In this document: one piece after another, positions 29,867-41,000 of the stretch
Numbering within the stretch: the stretch's first letter is position 1
Layout of the letters: each line of letters starts with the position of its first letter
NCBI GenBank assembly: GCA_964591445.1
Contig: CAZQAW010000001.1
Coordinates: 83,010-147,009 of the forward strand
DNA: 64,000 nt
Direction: 5' to 3'
Source: an uncultured Candidatus Saccharibacteria bacterium
GTDB lineage: Bacteria; Patescibacteriota; Minisyncoccia; Phycocordibacterales; UBA9973
Made by a program: the position numbers and the translations under genes
Notes under the pieces: generated by a model
Told to the model about the DNA's origin: nothing
The model's input: only the letters and a program-made list of their open reading frames with translations
The model's database searches: none

Positions 29867-30130
29867 ATGCAACGAAACAAAAAGACTAAACATGCCCACC
29901 GGAACGACAGCAAAAAAAGCGTCCCAACAAACATCACCAACTTTATTAACACTGTCACCTCTTATGTCCAGCGAGGACCACGGGGAGCTAAAGCCCTGGC
30001 CTTTGGTGACAATAAGTTACGACTCACAGGAACGCTCACTAATTTAAAGAGAGAACATAAGAACTTAGGAGAACACCTTCCTGCCGATGTGGTAGTTTTT
30101 GTAAAAAATAAATTAGGTATTGCTGTTTAA
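29867..30130 (+). CDS. AT-rich hypothetical protein
   Basis: Promoter TTGACT(29785)-16-TATAAT; terminator at about 30148-30176. Confidence 0.55.
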   Translation: MQRNKKTKHAHRNDSKKSVPTNITNFINTVTSYVQRGPRGAKALAFGDNKLRLTGTLTNLKREHKNLGEHLPADVVVFVKNKLGIAV

Positions 30131-30184
30131 ACATTAAACTATTAACAAAAAACCCCGCACAAAACGGGGCTTTTTTATTTCGTA

Positions 30185-31294
30185 TTATTCCACTTCCGCA
30201 GAAGTTTCAGTTTGAGTTTCAACTTCCATATTTCCGTTCAAGATATTTGTGAGCTTTTCAAGCGCTTGTGCGCGAGCTTCGACATTTGTATCTGCTTTGA
30301 CGTTCAAGTTATATTCAGCAATCGCGTTGTTGACTGATTCTTCATCCATGTGAGATTTCTGACTGAAGAGAAACCGGTACCATGGGCGCTTTACTGAAAC
30401 AGAGCCATCTGTGTGAACGACTGCTTTTGAAGTAAGTGCTGAAGAAAAGATGCCAAGGAATTTTGCAGGTTCTTTGTAAGCAATGTTGATGTCTGCACCC
30501 ACTTCTTCTTCGACAGTTGTAGTGCCGCCAAACGCGCTTTTGTGTTCATCCCAAGAAGTGTTTAGAGACACAAGCGCGTCTTTTACATTTTCATAATGCT
30601 CTTTGTTAGAAGGTTCTTCTACAGTTTTTGCTGGCATACAAGAAAGTGCACCAGAAGAAAGCGCGAGAAGATTTTGTACGCGAGTTGCATCAGGGCCACC
30701 ATTTTTCTTTGCTTCCATCGCAACGTCTATCATGCTTGAGCGGACAATCGTAGCAAGTTTTGTAGTGTTTGCGTATTCTGCATCGCCACCTTGCGGAGAG
30801 ATAAGATTGAGACTTGTATTTGCATCGGCGTACGCTTTGATGACATCACCATAAAGTTCTTTCTGATGGCCTTCGAGCGAAGTGTTTGCATCCAAGTTTG
30901 TTGCATAACTTCCCTTGTTCCAAGCGTAGCTTGTGCGGATATTTTCTGGAGCAGCATTGAAAGCTGTGAGAAGTGCGCTACAAAACGCATCGCCTTCTTT
31001 CATATCTTTTTTGATTGTTGCGTCAAGCAAAATATCAACACCTGCTTTCAAAGCGCCACCTGAACGCGGAACAACAGGAGCAGCGCTTGCTTCTGTGGAA
31101 AGCGTTGTCGAAGATGGAGCAGTTGTTTCTAACTGCATGTTTACTTCACTTGTAATGTCTTTGATCACATCACCAGTTACGGGATCGACTGCCTGTACTG
31201 TCAAACCTTGCGCAAGAACTTGAGCACCAAAACCACTGATAAATAAGCCTATAATTGCAATTGCTGCATAGAAACCACGGTTATTCTTGTTCAT
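30185..31294 (-). CDS. Secreted hypothetical protein
   Basis: N-terminal signal-like helix; 369 aa. Confidence 0.75.
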   Translation of the reverse strand: MNKNNRGFYAAIAIIGLFISGFGAQVLAQGLTVQAVDPVTGDVIKDITSEVNMQLETTAPSSTTLSTEASAAPVVPRSGGALKAGVDILLDATIKKDMKEGDAFCSALLTAFNAAPENIRTSYAWNKGSYATNLDANTSLEGHQKELYGDVIKAYADANTSLNLISPQGGDAEYANTTKLATIVRSSMIDVAMEAKKNGGPDATRVQNLLALSSGALSCMPAKTVEEPSNKEHYENVKDALVSLNTSWDEHKSAFGGTTTVEEEVGADINIAYKEPAKFLGIFSSALTSKAVVHTDGSVSVKRPWYRFLFSQKSHMDEESVNNAIAEYNLNVKADTNVEARAQALEKLTNILNGNMEVETQTETSAEVE

Positions 31295-31357
31295 ATACTA
31301 AAAGTGTATCACTAAGCCCCTAGGCGTACAACCCTTTACAAAAAGGCGTTTTCGGGC

Positions 31358-31906
31358 TCAAAAACCGAGCTTTTCCAGCACTTCGTCGACCTTTTTATAC
31401 AAACTTTCAAGGTCGCCATCGTTCTCTATCGTATAGTCGGCTTGCTTCATGCATTCAAACAGTCGCATCGGGCTTTTAGGGTCAGTGTTCTCGTGTTCTT
31501 CGTGCGCAAGAAATGCAACGAGCGTTGGAAGTTCGAGAACTGTGCCGCGCGCTTGCACACGAGCGAAGCGCAGTGCGCCATCTGCCGTCACCGCAATCAT
31601 CGTAAAGTCTGAATTCGTTTTCAAATATTCTATTTGCTTGAGCTGGCGGATGCCGGACACAATACCGAGCTCGCCTGCTTGTTCCAGAAACAGTTTTGCC
31701 AAATAGTCTTCACCATGCTCGGCCGCGATTTTGTACCCCATATCCATGACGTTCTCGCGCGACACCACAAGCCCGGCTTCGCGGACTTTGTCTTTAAGCG
31801 GCGCGCTGATCTGCCATACAGAGACACCAAGCTTGTGAGCCATATACTCGGCCGCAGTATCTTTGCCGGACCCAATAGGCCCGGTTATTCCGATGATTCG
31901 TTTCAT
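31358..31906 (-). CDS. P-loop nucleotide kinase (dephospho-CoA kinase-like)
   Basis: IIGITGPIGSGKDT and ADYTIENDG motifs. Confidence 0.8.
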   Translation of the reverse strand: MKRIIGITGPIGSGKDTAAEYMAHKLGVSVWQISAPLKDKVREAGLVVSRENVMDMGYKIAAEHGEDYLAKLFLEQAGELGIVSGIRQLKQIEYLKTNSDFTMIAVTADGALRFARVQARGTVLELPTLVAFLAHEEHENTDPKSPMRLFECMKQADYTIENDGDLESLYKKVDEVLEKLGF

Positions 31907-31909
31907 TTT

Positions 31910-32344
31910 TTACATCCAAAGCCCGAGAACAATACCGAAGATGACGAAAGTCACAAGTTGGTATCCTGCGGTGATGAGGAACAAATTCCATGCCAACTTT
32001 TTCGGTTTACCACTCCACATCGCGTTCATCGCAGCAAGCGGCATGATGAATCCGAGCCACATGAGAAGTGCGATCTTCACACCTTCGACTGCGTCCATCA
32101 CCATGTATTGACGAAGCACACATGAAAGAACGAGAATAGTAACGATACTTACGATGATATTCAAGACGTAGACCGGACGCATCTGTTTGTCCATCTCTTT
32201 GCATTCCTTGTCAGACATTTCTTCGCGTTTCTTGCCACCGATAACTGCCATGTACGACTTGCCAAATATCGGCCCGTACCACAAAAAGCCGAGCACCTGA
32301 GCCACTACCACACACACTACAACTGCCAATATATTGATTTCCAT
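31910..32344 (-). CDS. DUF1761 membrane protein
   Basis: LGFLWYGPIFGK...LFLITAGYQL. Confidence 0.85.
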   Translation of the reverse strand: MEINILAVVVCVVVAQVLGFLWYGPIFGKSYMAVIGGKKREEMSDKECKEMDKQMRPVYVLNIIVSIVTILVLSCVLRQYMVMDAVEGVKIALLMWLGFIMPLAAMNAMWSGKPKKLAWNLFLITAGYQLVTFVIFGIVLGLWM

Positions 32345-32354
32345 ATGATTATTT

Positions 32355-32384
32355 TCAGCCCGAGGCTGATCCGCCTTGGGCGGA
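32355..32384. repeat. Tandem short-palindrome intergenic repeat
   Basis: TCAGCC-CGA-GGCTGA followed directly by TCCGCC-TTG-GGCGGA. Confidence 0.65.
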
Positions 32385-32428
32385 AAAAATTATTTGTTAA
32401 AACAAAACCCCGTGAAGGGGTTTTGGAA

Positions 32429-32917
32429 TTATTTCATTTCATGGCCATTGCAGCCACTTTTGCATGTATCACAATTGTCGCACGTATTTGACTGACCGCA
32501 GACCATGCAATTGTCGCATCCGCACATGCGTCGGCCGAGAGCCCATTTGCCTGGACCAGCAAGCGCAACTGAAAGCGATGCCGCCAAAAGCATAAGGTCG
32601 ATCTCGTATCCGCCAGGAACAATGAAGCCGACTTTCAACTTCACGATAAAAATTGCAACCACCATTGTAACTGCAAGAAGCATACCCATCACTCCGGTAA
32701 AAAATCCGAGGATAAGTGCAACACCTCCGACTGTTTCAACGATAGCAACAACGTATGCCCAGAAAGATGCCAAGCCGAGCATACCAAAGAAAGCGATCGT
32801 GCCTTCCATATTTTGTAATTTCGCAATACCGTGCGCGAGGAACACCGCACCAGCCGCAATGCGGACGAGCATAAGCCCAAACCCAGGATTGCAGCATTTT
32901 GACAACATGTGTTTCAT
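32429..32917 (-). CDS. DoxX family membrane protein with Cys-rich tail
   Basis: RIAAGAVFLAHGIAK, E..GG and GGYE...GPGKWAL motifs. Confidence 0.88.
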   Translation of the reverse strand: MKHMLSKCCNPGFGLMLVRIAAGAVFLAHGIAKLQNMEGTIAFFGMLGLASFWAYVVAIVETVGGVALILGFFTGVMGMLLAVTMVVAIFIVKLKVGFIVPGGYEIDLMLLAASLSVALAGPGKWALGRRMCGCDNCMVCGQSNTCDNCDTCKSGCNGHEMK

Positions 32918-32961
32918 AAAAAGTAAATACTAACTAATAATCGTCCTTACAGTATACCACA

Positions 32962-34209
32962 CTACGCTTTGGTAATGTCACGTGGATAAAAAAGGTCCAC
33001 CGTCCAGTCGACAGCGATTTTGATGCGCTTTGAACCAGAAAGGAATTTGAAAAGATAGATGGTGCGCCAGATGAACCAGGCAACAACACCGGAAAAAGTG
33101 ATCCCAAAAATCCGCGCGACGGCATTGCCGCGGCCAAGCGACACCAGCTCCCCTTTTGATTCGTATCGAAATGTCTCAAGTGCTTTACCGCGAATACTTT
33201 GTGCAATATTGTGCGCAACATACGGCGCTTGTTCGACGGCAACTTGGGCAAGCATTGGGATCGGTTTCCCGTCTTGTAAAAGCAGTGCGCTGTCGCCAAG
33301 CACAAACACATTTTTATAATTGTGCATTTGCAAATATGTGGTAACAGGAATTCTCCCGCTTGGGTCTTTTGCAAAATTTCCCACAAGTTCCGGATACTGC
33401 GCTTTCACGCCAGCTGTCCAGACAACGTGTGGACTTGTAAGCATGTCGCCCGACTCTGTCAGCACGCCTTCTTTTGTTACTTCTTTTACTTTTGTGTTAA
33501 GCATCACTTTGATGCCTTTGTCGCGAATAATACGGAGCGCATTTCTCTGCAAACTTTCGTGAAGCGGAGTCAGAAGTTCCGCGCCTTGAGTCACAAGCGT
33601 AAGGCTGATGTCTTCTTTTTGTATCACACCTTTATATAGTCTTTTGAATGTAATAAAAAAGAAATCAGCCATTTCGGTGACCATTTCTACTCCAGTTGCG
33701 CCGCCTCCGACAACGACAAACGAAAGCATTTTTCTGCGTTCTTCGCGGTCGGACATCATCGAAGCTTTTTCAAAAATATCTATCACATAGTTGCGAAGCT
33801 TGATCGCATCCCGCAGATCTTTGAGTATAAAAGTATGTTCTTGAGCGCCGGGTGTGCCGAAAAAATTTGTCGTTGCGCCTGTAGCAATCACCAAGTAATC
33901 ATACGCAATTTCTTTATCCCCGACTATTACTTTTTTATTTTCTAAATCAACTTTGTCTGCCGCGCCAACAATAAGACGTGTCGTATCGTCTTTCACTATT
34001 TCGCGAAGTGCTTCGACAACTTGATGATGAGCGAGGCCGCCGGTTGCCACTTCGTGGAGCATCGGTGTGAAAAGAAAATAGTTTGTCTTGTTGATGATAG
34101 TGATGCGCGCTTTGTCGCCCAACTCTTCAAGTAGATGCTTGTACGTATAAATACCAGCGAAGCCTGCGCCGATAATGACGATATGTGGTTTATTCTGCGA
34201 AGCGGACAT
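32962..34209 (-). CDS. ndh: Type II NADH dehydrogenase (NDH-2)
   Basis: GAGFAG, FTPML.EVATG, GGGATGVE and AQVA.Q motifs; W...YL C-terminal motif. Confidence 0.9.
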   Translation of the reverse strand: MSASQNKPHIVIIGAGFAGIYTYKHLLEELGDKARITIINKTNYFLFTPMLHEVATGGLAHHQVVEALREIVKDDTTRLIVGAADKVDLENKKVIVGDKEIAYDYLVIATGATTNFFGTPGAQEHTFILKDLRDAIKLRNYVIDIFEKASMMSDREERRKMLSFVVVGGGATGVEMVTEMADFFFITFKRLYKGVIQKEDISLTLVTQGAELLTPLHESLQRNALRIIRDKGIKVMLNTKVKEVTKEGVLTESGDMLTSPHVVWTAGVKAQYPELVGNFAKDPSGRIPVTTYLQMHNYKNVFVLGDSALLLQDGKPIPMLAQVAVEQAPYVAHNIAQSIRGKALETFRYESKGELVSLGRGNAVARIFGITFSGVVAWFIWRTIYLFKFLSGSKRIKIAVDWTVDLFYPRDITKA

Positions 34210-35006
34210 TAGTGGTAAGCTTCAGCAAGAAATGGTGCAACTTTTTCCCAAGCGACTGGGGTGCGAACATGGCCAAAGGCGTACGCCGCAACTTGGTAAG
34301 GATTGTACACGACATCGAGACTTTCTTCGGTGACGATAAATACGCCGTAGTTGTCTGCCGTTGGAGCGGAGCCGTCGATAGCAACACTGTCATAATCTGC
34401 GCCACGTTTAACCAATTCTTTTTTCAAAGATTCGCGATACATCGGCACGAGAAGCGACAAACATGTTGAGCTGTCTTTGCATAAATCTGTGAGCGAAAGT
34501 TCAGCGCCTGTTGCAACAGAAAAGTTGAGTGTGCCGACAAAACTGTTCGGATGCGCGGCACCGGCTGCATAGTCGGATACATCAAACGCAACCGTCTCTA
34601 TGCCGTGCGCTGGTGCGTACACTTTGTATCGAATAGTGAGCGTGCTTTTTTCACTGCCGGCAAGCATGTTGTCTGTAGCACCTTCGATAAATTCAGATTT
34701 TGCATGTGCGATATATGAAGAGATGCGCGCATTCATTGCTTTGACTTGCGTGCCGGCATTGGGAGATGAAAGCACTGGGTATTCGATATCGATGTCATAT
34801 GTTTTTTCGCTTACCTTTTGAGTTTTCTTTTCAGAATTGATTGTAACATCGACTTTTGGAGCGGGAATTTCTGCTTCTATATCTTTGACGATTACATCTT
34901 CAGATTTTTCATCTCCCTTGTGCGTTCCCAAATAATACGCACCAGCAATGAGCGCAAGTACAAGCACTATAAGAAAAAACTTTGCTCCTTTTGATTGTGT
35001 AGCCAT
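34209..35006 (-). CDS. RsiV/DUF3298-DUF4163 membrane-anchored protein
   Basis: N-terminal TM, GAAHP, YQVAAYAFG. Confidence 0.8.
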   Translation of the reverse strand: MATQSKGAKFFLIVLVLALIAGAYYLGTHKGDEKSEDVIVKDIEAEIPAPKVDVTINSEKKTQKVSEKTYDIDIEYPVLSSPNAGTQVKAMNARISSYIAHAKSEFIEGATDNMLAGSEKSTLTIRYKVYAPAHGIETVAFDVSDYAAGAAHPNSFVGTLNFSVATGAELSLTDLCKDSSTCLSLLVPMYRESLKKELVKRGADYDSVAIDGSAPTADNYGVFIVTEESLDVVYNPYQVAAYAFGHVRTPVAWEKVAPFLAEAYH

Positions 35007-35021
35007 ATAGATAGTATATCA

Positions 35022-38000
35022 CTAAAGTGGGTGGCTATTGAAATATGCACGAGTGATCGCACCAAAGGTGCCAGCCGCCGGGCTTATCTTATGTTCTTTT
35101 TGGAATTCAATGAGTGCAGCTTCGGTACCCTTGCCGAATATGCCATCGACGTCGAGCGTGAGGTCAAGCGCTTTGTTCAAATACTTTTGAATTTCTTTGA
35201 TTTCAGCATTTTTTGCACCACGTTTGAAATACCCCTTAAACGTATAGGTTCCCGTGTTGGCTGGGGTTTCAGATTGTGTGTGTGTTTTCTTCCATTTTTC
35301 TATCGCCGCCTGACTTAGCTTGCCAAACAAACCATCAACCGCAAGACCGGCATTGATTTCTGTATTCAGATACGTTTGCAAAGCTTTGATCTCATCTTTT
35401 GAAATTCCAGCTTTGTAATATCCGGCAAGAATTTTTTGGGCAATCGTATCAACCGATGCTCCAGGATTTTGTGGTGTCTGAATATTTGTCGGTGGTGTTG
35501 GAATAATGATTACAGCTCCGCCAGGCGCTCCACCAGAGACAGGCGCCGAGCTTGTTGTAAATGTCTGATCTGAGCTTGTAGCCAAGTTACTTGAAGCATC
35601 ATTTGATTGTACTCTAAAGTGATAAAGGGTGCTTGAAGTCAGACTGTTGATCGTTACCGAGTGACTTGTGACTCGAGGCGACGTATCGGCTTCTGTTGTT
35701 GAAGTTCCATAGGAAATTGTCGGGCCATAATCAACGACCGATGAGGCAATTTCATCCGTATCCCATGTGATAGTGACGCTATTATACGTCGGCGTTGCAA
35801 CAATGTTTGAAATAACTGGTGGAGTTACGTCTGGCGCAGCAGTTGTTGTAAAGGTTTGATCTGTTGATGTTCCCAAATTACTTGCCGCGTCGTTTGATTT
35901 CACGCGGAAGTGGTACGTTGTTGAAGACGAAAGACTGTTTATCGTAACAGAATGAGAAGTAACTCTCGGCGAAGTATCTGCCTCAGATGTACTTGTACCA
36001 TAGCTTGCTGTTGGTCCGTAGTCGACAATTGAAGATGCTGCCTCATCTGTATCCCATGTAATCTGCACGCTATTGTGCGTCGGAGTTGCAACAATGTTTG
36101 AAATGACCGGAGCAGTTACATCTGGCGCAACAGTTGTTGTAAAGGTTTGATCGCTTGAAATTCCTTCGTTTGGAGTTCCGGCATCATCTTTTGACTTTAC
36201 GCGGAAATGGTATGTTGTAGAACCAGTCAAGCCAGACAGATTGACGGTGTGAGAAATCACGCGAGTTGAAGTATCTGTTTCTGTTGTTGAAGTGCCATAC
36301 GACACAGTCGTACCGTATTCAACCAAAGACGACCCACGTTCATCGCTGTCCCATGTTATCGTTGCGCTCGTAGCGGTAATACTTGATACAACAATATTTG
36401 AAATAGCCGGTGCAGTTGTGTCTGTAACTGTTGATTCGCTGAACGTACCATTTGATCCATTTGAAGACCCGGTTCCGCTTGTGCCAGTACCCGCATTTGC
36501 AACCGGAGCAGTACCTGAATATGTTTTATTCGTATAATCAAAACGGATGCGTCCACCACCACCCGAAGCCGCACCGGCAATTGCGCCCGATCCACCCGCT
36601 CCTCCGTTTGCCGTAATCACACCAGTAGTACCGGCATAATTTTTTACAGCACCCCAGATACTTCCACCGGCAGCACCCACATCACCATTCGCAGACAAAG
36701 TACCGTCAACAGTAAGAGTGTCGGTCACATTTAATTTCATTGCTCCACCACCACGTGCGGTTGCAGTATAAGAACTTGTTGCCGTTGTACCACCCAAGTG
36801 TCCTGCTCCAAGCGTAACCGGTGCAGTCGAAGATCCGTATGACTGACTATCACTTGCAGTAATAGTAGGACACAAAGGTGTAGAAGTTGTCTGTCCTTGT
36901 CCGCCGGCACCACCATGACCTGCTCCGTTAAATCGGTTTGAACTACACGCTGCACCGCGACCAGTTGTCGTCGTATCTGTGTCATGATGCCCCATGGCGT
37001 TTACCGTCAATGTTCCACCACTATTGATCGTAAGGTATGTTGCATTCAAGGTACCGCCGGTTCCCATATTACTTGAAGCAGTTGGATCAGAATCGAGTGT
37101 AAGCGTACCACCGGAAGCGATCGTAAGAGTGCCGAAAGTATAAGAAATATCATTACCAAGCTTAAGAGCATTTGAAAGTGTGAAAGTTGAAGACGGATAT
37201 TGTGTTGGGAAATAGACAGTACCAGTGTAACCAGCATGTCCACCCGTTGTTGAAGTGACAGTTCCCCCGTTTACTTGCAGCGTCCCAGTAAATGAATACG
37301 TCGCTCCGTTAAAAGAGACGCGTCCGCCGCCGCCGGCGCCGCCGCCTTGATTTCCATCACCACCGTTTGCACGAATAGTTCCGCCACCGGCTACAGTGCC
37401 AGAAGAAAACCAAATACTTCCTCCCGAACCACCGCCGCGCTCGGCTAGGCCGGTTGCAATTGATCCATTTGAAGAAATAGTTCCGTCAACAGTTGTCGTT
37501 CCGGACACAACAAACTTGAGTGCGCCACCACCGGCACCGCCTTTTGCACGTCCCGCCCCAGAACCAAGAGACACCGGAGAGGAAGCGGATCCGTATTTTG
37601 CTCCACCAGTTCCTGCATACGAAAGCGCAGTGTTTCCACCACGACCACCGTATCCACCACCTGCTGCTCGGTTGGAACTATTACCTGTTGCACCAACTCC
37701 TGACGCAGAGGTATACCCTCCCGGAAAGCCAAGTCCGTCCCCTACAATACTTCCACCGCTATTTACATTGAGTGTTGTTGCAGTCAAAGTGTAGCCTGTA
37801 CCAGCAACAATGTCGCCATCAAGCGTAAGAGTGTAGCCATTTGGAACAGTGAGTGTACCAAATGTCTGTTGTAAATCATTACCAAGAGTAAGATTGCTTG
37901 TCAGCGTAAAATTGGAAAGCGTAGCTGATGGGAAATACACCGTACCTGCTTGCCCACGACTACCGACTGAAGTTGCAGCAGTATTGACCGTACCACCAGA

Positions 38001-41000
38001 AACATCAACTGTCCCAGTAAATGAATACGTCGCTCCGTTAAAAGAGACGCGTCCGCCGCCGCCGGCGCCTGAAGTTGTGGTATCAGTATGAGAAGGGATA
38101 CTTCCACCTTTTGCTGAGATAGTACCCGAACCAGACACACTACCATTTGAAAACCAAATACTTCCTCCCGAACCACCGCCGTTTCGCGTACCACCCGTAC
38201 CAGAAGAAGCGTCTTCACCATTTGCAGAAAGAGTACCGTTGACAGTGACAGTTGAAGCAACGAGTTTGAGTGCGCCACCACCGGCACCGCCTTGTCCATT
38301 TGCTTGACTAGCACAAGTAACACCCGGATAACATCCAGCACCAAAAGCACCTCCTGACCCAAGAGCAACCGGAGACGCACTTGAACCATATGGTGCACCA
38401 GCTGAATATGTAAAGTTGGAATCAAATCCTCCACGGCCACCGTATGATCCGCCAGGAGAACCAATAGACCCCGGAGAACCTACGTTTGAAATATATGAAC
38501 CAGGGCCGAGAGCTTGCGGAAAACCTTCAGCATTTGTAGTAAGAGTTCCTGATGCGCCTATCGTAATACTCCCCGCGTTGATGACATATCCAGTTCCATC
38601 ATTTGCAACAGTTGAAAGATCGCCATCGATATGCATGTCGTTTTGGAAACGAAGAGTACCTGCCGTCACTGTAATTGCGCCAGTAACAGTCAAAGAACCA
38701 AGCCCGCCCATGACAGCATATGGAGTATAAGTAACAGTATTCGTAAATCCAGTATCAAGCGTGAGCGAAGCAATGTTGTTTGCGCTGTAGTCGACGATGA
38801 CATCTTCACTTCGAGTTGAATCAAAAATAACAGCATGACCAGTATCAGGAACTACCACACCGCTCCAGTTTGATGCATCGCTCCAATAACCGCTTTGTCC
38901 AAGACCTGTCCATACACGAGTTGTCGAACTGACACCGCGAATCGTTTTTGAATCGTTTGCGTCGACACTGCCATCATTGTTTATATCAAGCCCAAGATAC
39001 GTTGCCGAAAACGTTCCGGAAAATGTCGTAAATGAAAGTCCGGAAATAACCAAAGTATCATTTGCAGAGAAACTTGAAGTGACATCGATCACCAATGTTT
39101 TATCAGAATCAGCGTAACTAACTGTCGTACTTGCTTTAGCACTCGCTGTTCCAGAAAATGTCGCGGTCGTATCTGTCGTATCCCACACCATTGCAGCACC
39201 AGCGGGGATCTTTATGCGTATGTCGTTGGTAGAAGTAATAACCGGAGTTTGACCATCCACAACAGTGATCGTCTGGATCGCTTGAGCTGCTTGGCTTTGA
39301 CTGAACACTTGGTTGTACGCACTATATATACCAGCAGCGGCGGCAGACGAAATAGTCATTGTACGGTTGTCGAGTGCATCGCTTCCGCCATCGTTACTTG
39401 TATCAATGCCAAGATTGGTCGGCGCAGAAACTTGAGAGAACGTTGTAAGCGAAAGTCCTGAAACTGTTATGGCATCATTTGCAGAAAAATTACTTGTTAC
39501 GTTAAGCACGAGTACCTTGCCTGACTCTTCATAGCTCACGGTTGTTGAAACTTTTGCGGCAGCTCCCCCGCCGATCGTCACAGTTGTGTCTGTCGTATCC
39601 CACAACATATTGAGTTCAGTCGGAATGCGAACGCGGATATCGTTTGTCGCAGTGATGGTTGCAGTTGAAGCATCGGTAATAGTAAGAGTACTGATTGCAG
39701 TTGTAGAGCCAGACACAGTATATACCTGACTCGCCGCAGAAGACACAGTCGCGGTGCTCGGTGAAAGTGTAGCTACTGTGTATGTTTGATCACATATTAA
39801 AGTATGACTTCCAGCACCAGTGTTTCCAGCATTGACATAAGGCGCAGCCCGATATGATTTTAAGTTCACTTGTGGAGTGCCTGTTGTATCGACACTAATG
39901 ATACCGTAGTGGTTACCGCTAGTAGAGTTACTACACACAAGTTCAGCACCTGCACCGGCCGGCGTAGTAGCTTTGATACTTGAATTCAAAGGGGACGCAC
40001 CAAACTCTGCGTAGTTATGAGATGTTGAAAGAGGGTTCTTATAGGAAACTGTATTGTGTTGATCTGCAGAAAGTACAAAAACATTCTTAAGGTTATTGCG
40101 TTTTAAAAAAGTATATATCTCTTGACGCTCAGTGTTGAAAGTATAAAAGCTATCATTTGCGTTTGCGACAGCATCAGACCATGGAGTTGGAGAAAGGATA
40201 AACTTAAAAGTTGCAGTGCTATTCTTGAGCCAGCTTTTTAGATGCGCCATTTGTGCTGCACCCAACATGCGATTTGAGTTACTTTCATATCCACGATCTT
40301 TACCACGATGTGTACGTGTGTCAAGCATGAAAAATGATGTATCACATACATTGAAACTATAGTAGAGTTCGTTCGGAACTCGAACAGACGGATTGACTTG
40401 TCCTTGGTAATTGTCAAAAGCAAGACGACTCACGCTGTAGCCGCTGGTCTTTCCAGCATCCCAATCGTGGTCATTGAGAGAAAGAGTTACGTGATCGTCT
40501 GGAGTGAGAAGTTCGTGATCATCCCACATAAAAACTGAGCCGATGGCTTTTGTAAAAGTCTTCATGGCAGAGTCTATCCAGTTTGCTTTGTAGTATGTTT
40601 CGATATCGGCTTGTGTTCCAGAACTTGGACCATAAATCTGATCTCCAAGAAACACATTGAAGTTTGGTGTTGCTGTGTTTACAATTTCATCGAAGTTTAA
40701 AGTTTCATTTCCAGCACTCACTGCCCCGGTGTCTATATCGGCAGAAAGCGAGAACACATAACTACATGCAGTACCAGAAGTCTTGAGTGTCACAAATGTT
40801 CCAGACGAGCCATTGCCTGATTGCACCACATCGTCAATGAGCACACGGTAATCATAGGAAGTATCCGGAAGAAGACCAGTGATAGAAATAGTACCTGTAT
40901 AATCTGTGCCTGAGCTGAGCGCAACTCCAGAAGTGATCGTGCCCGGATATGCATCACCTGTGAGCTTGTATTCAACTTTGTATGTTGAAGCAGAATCAGA

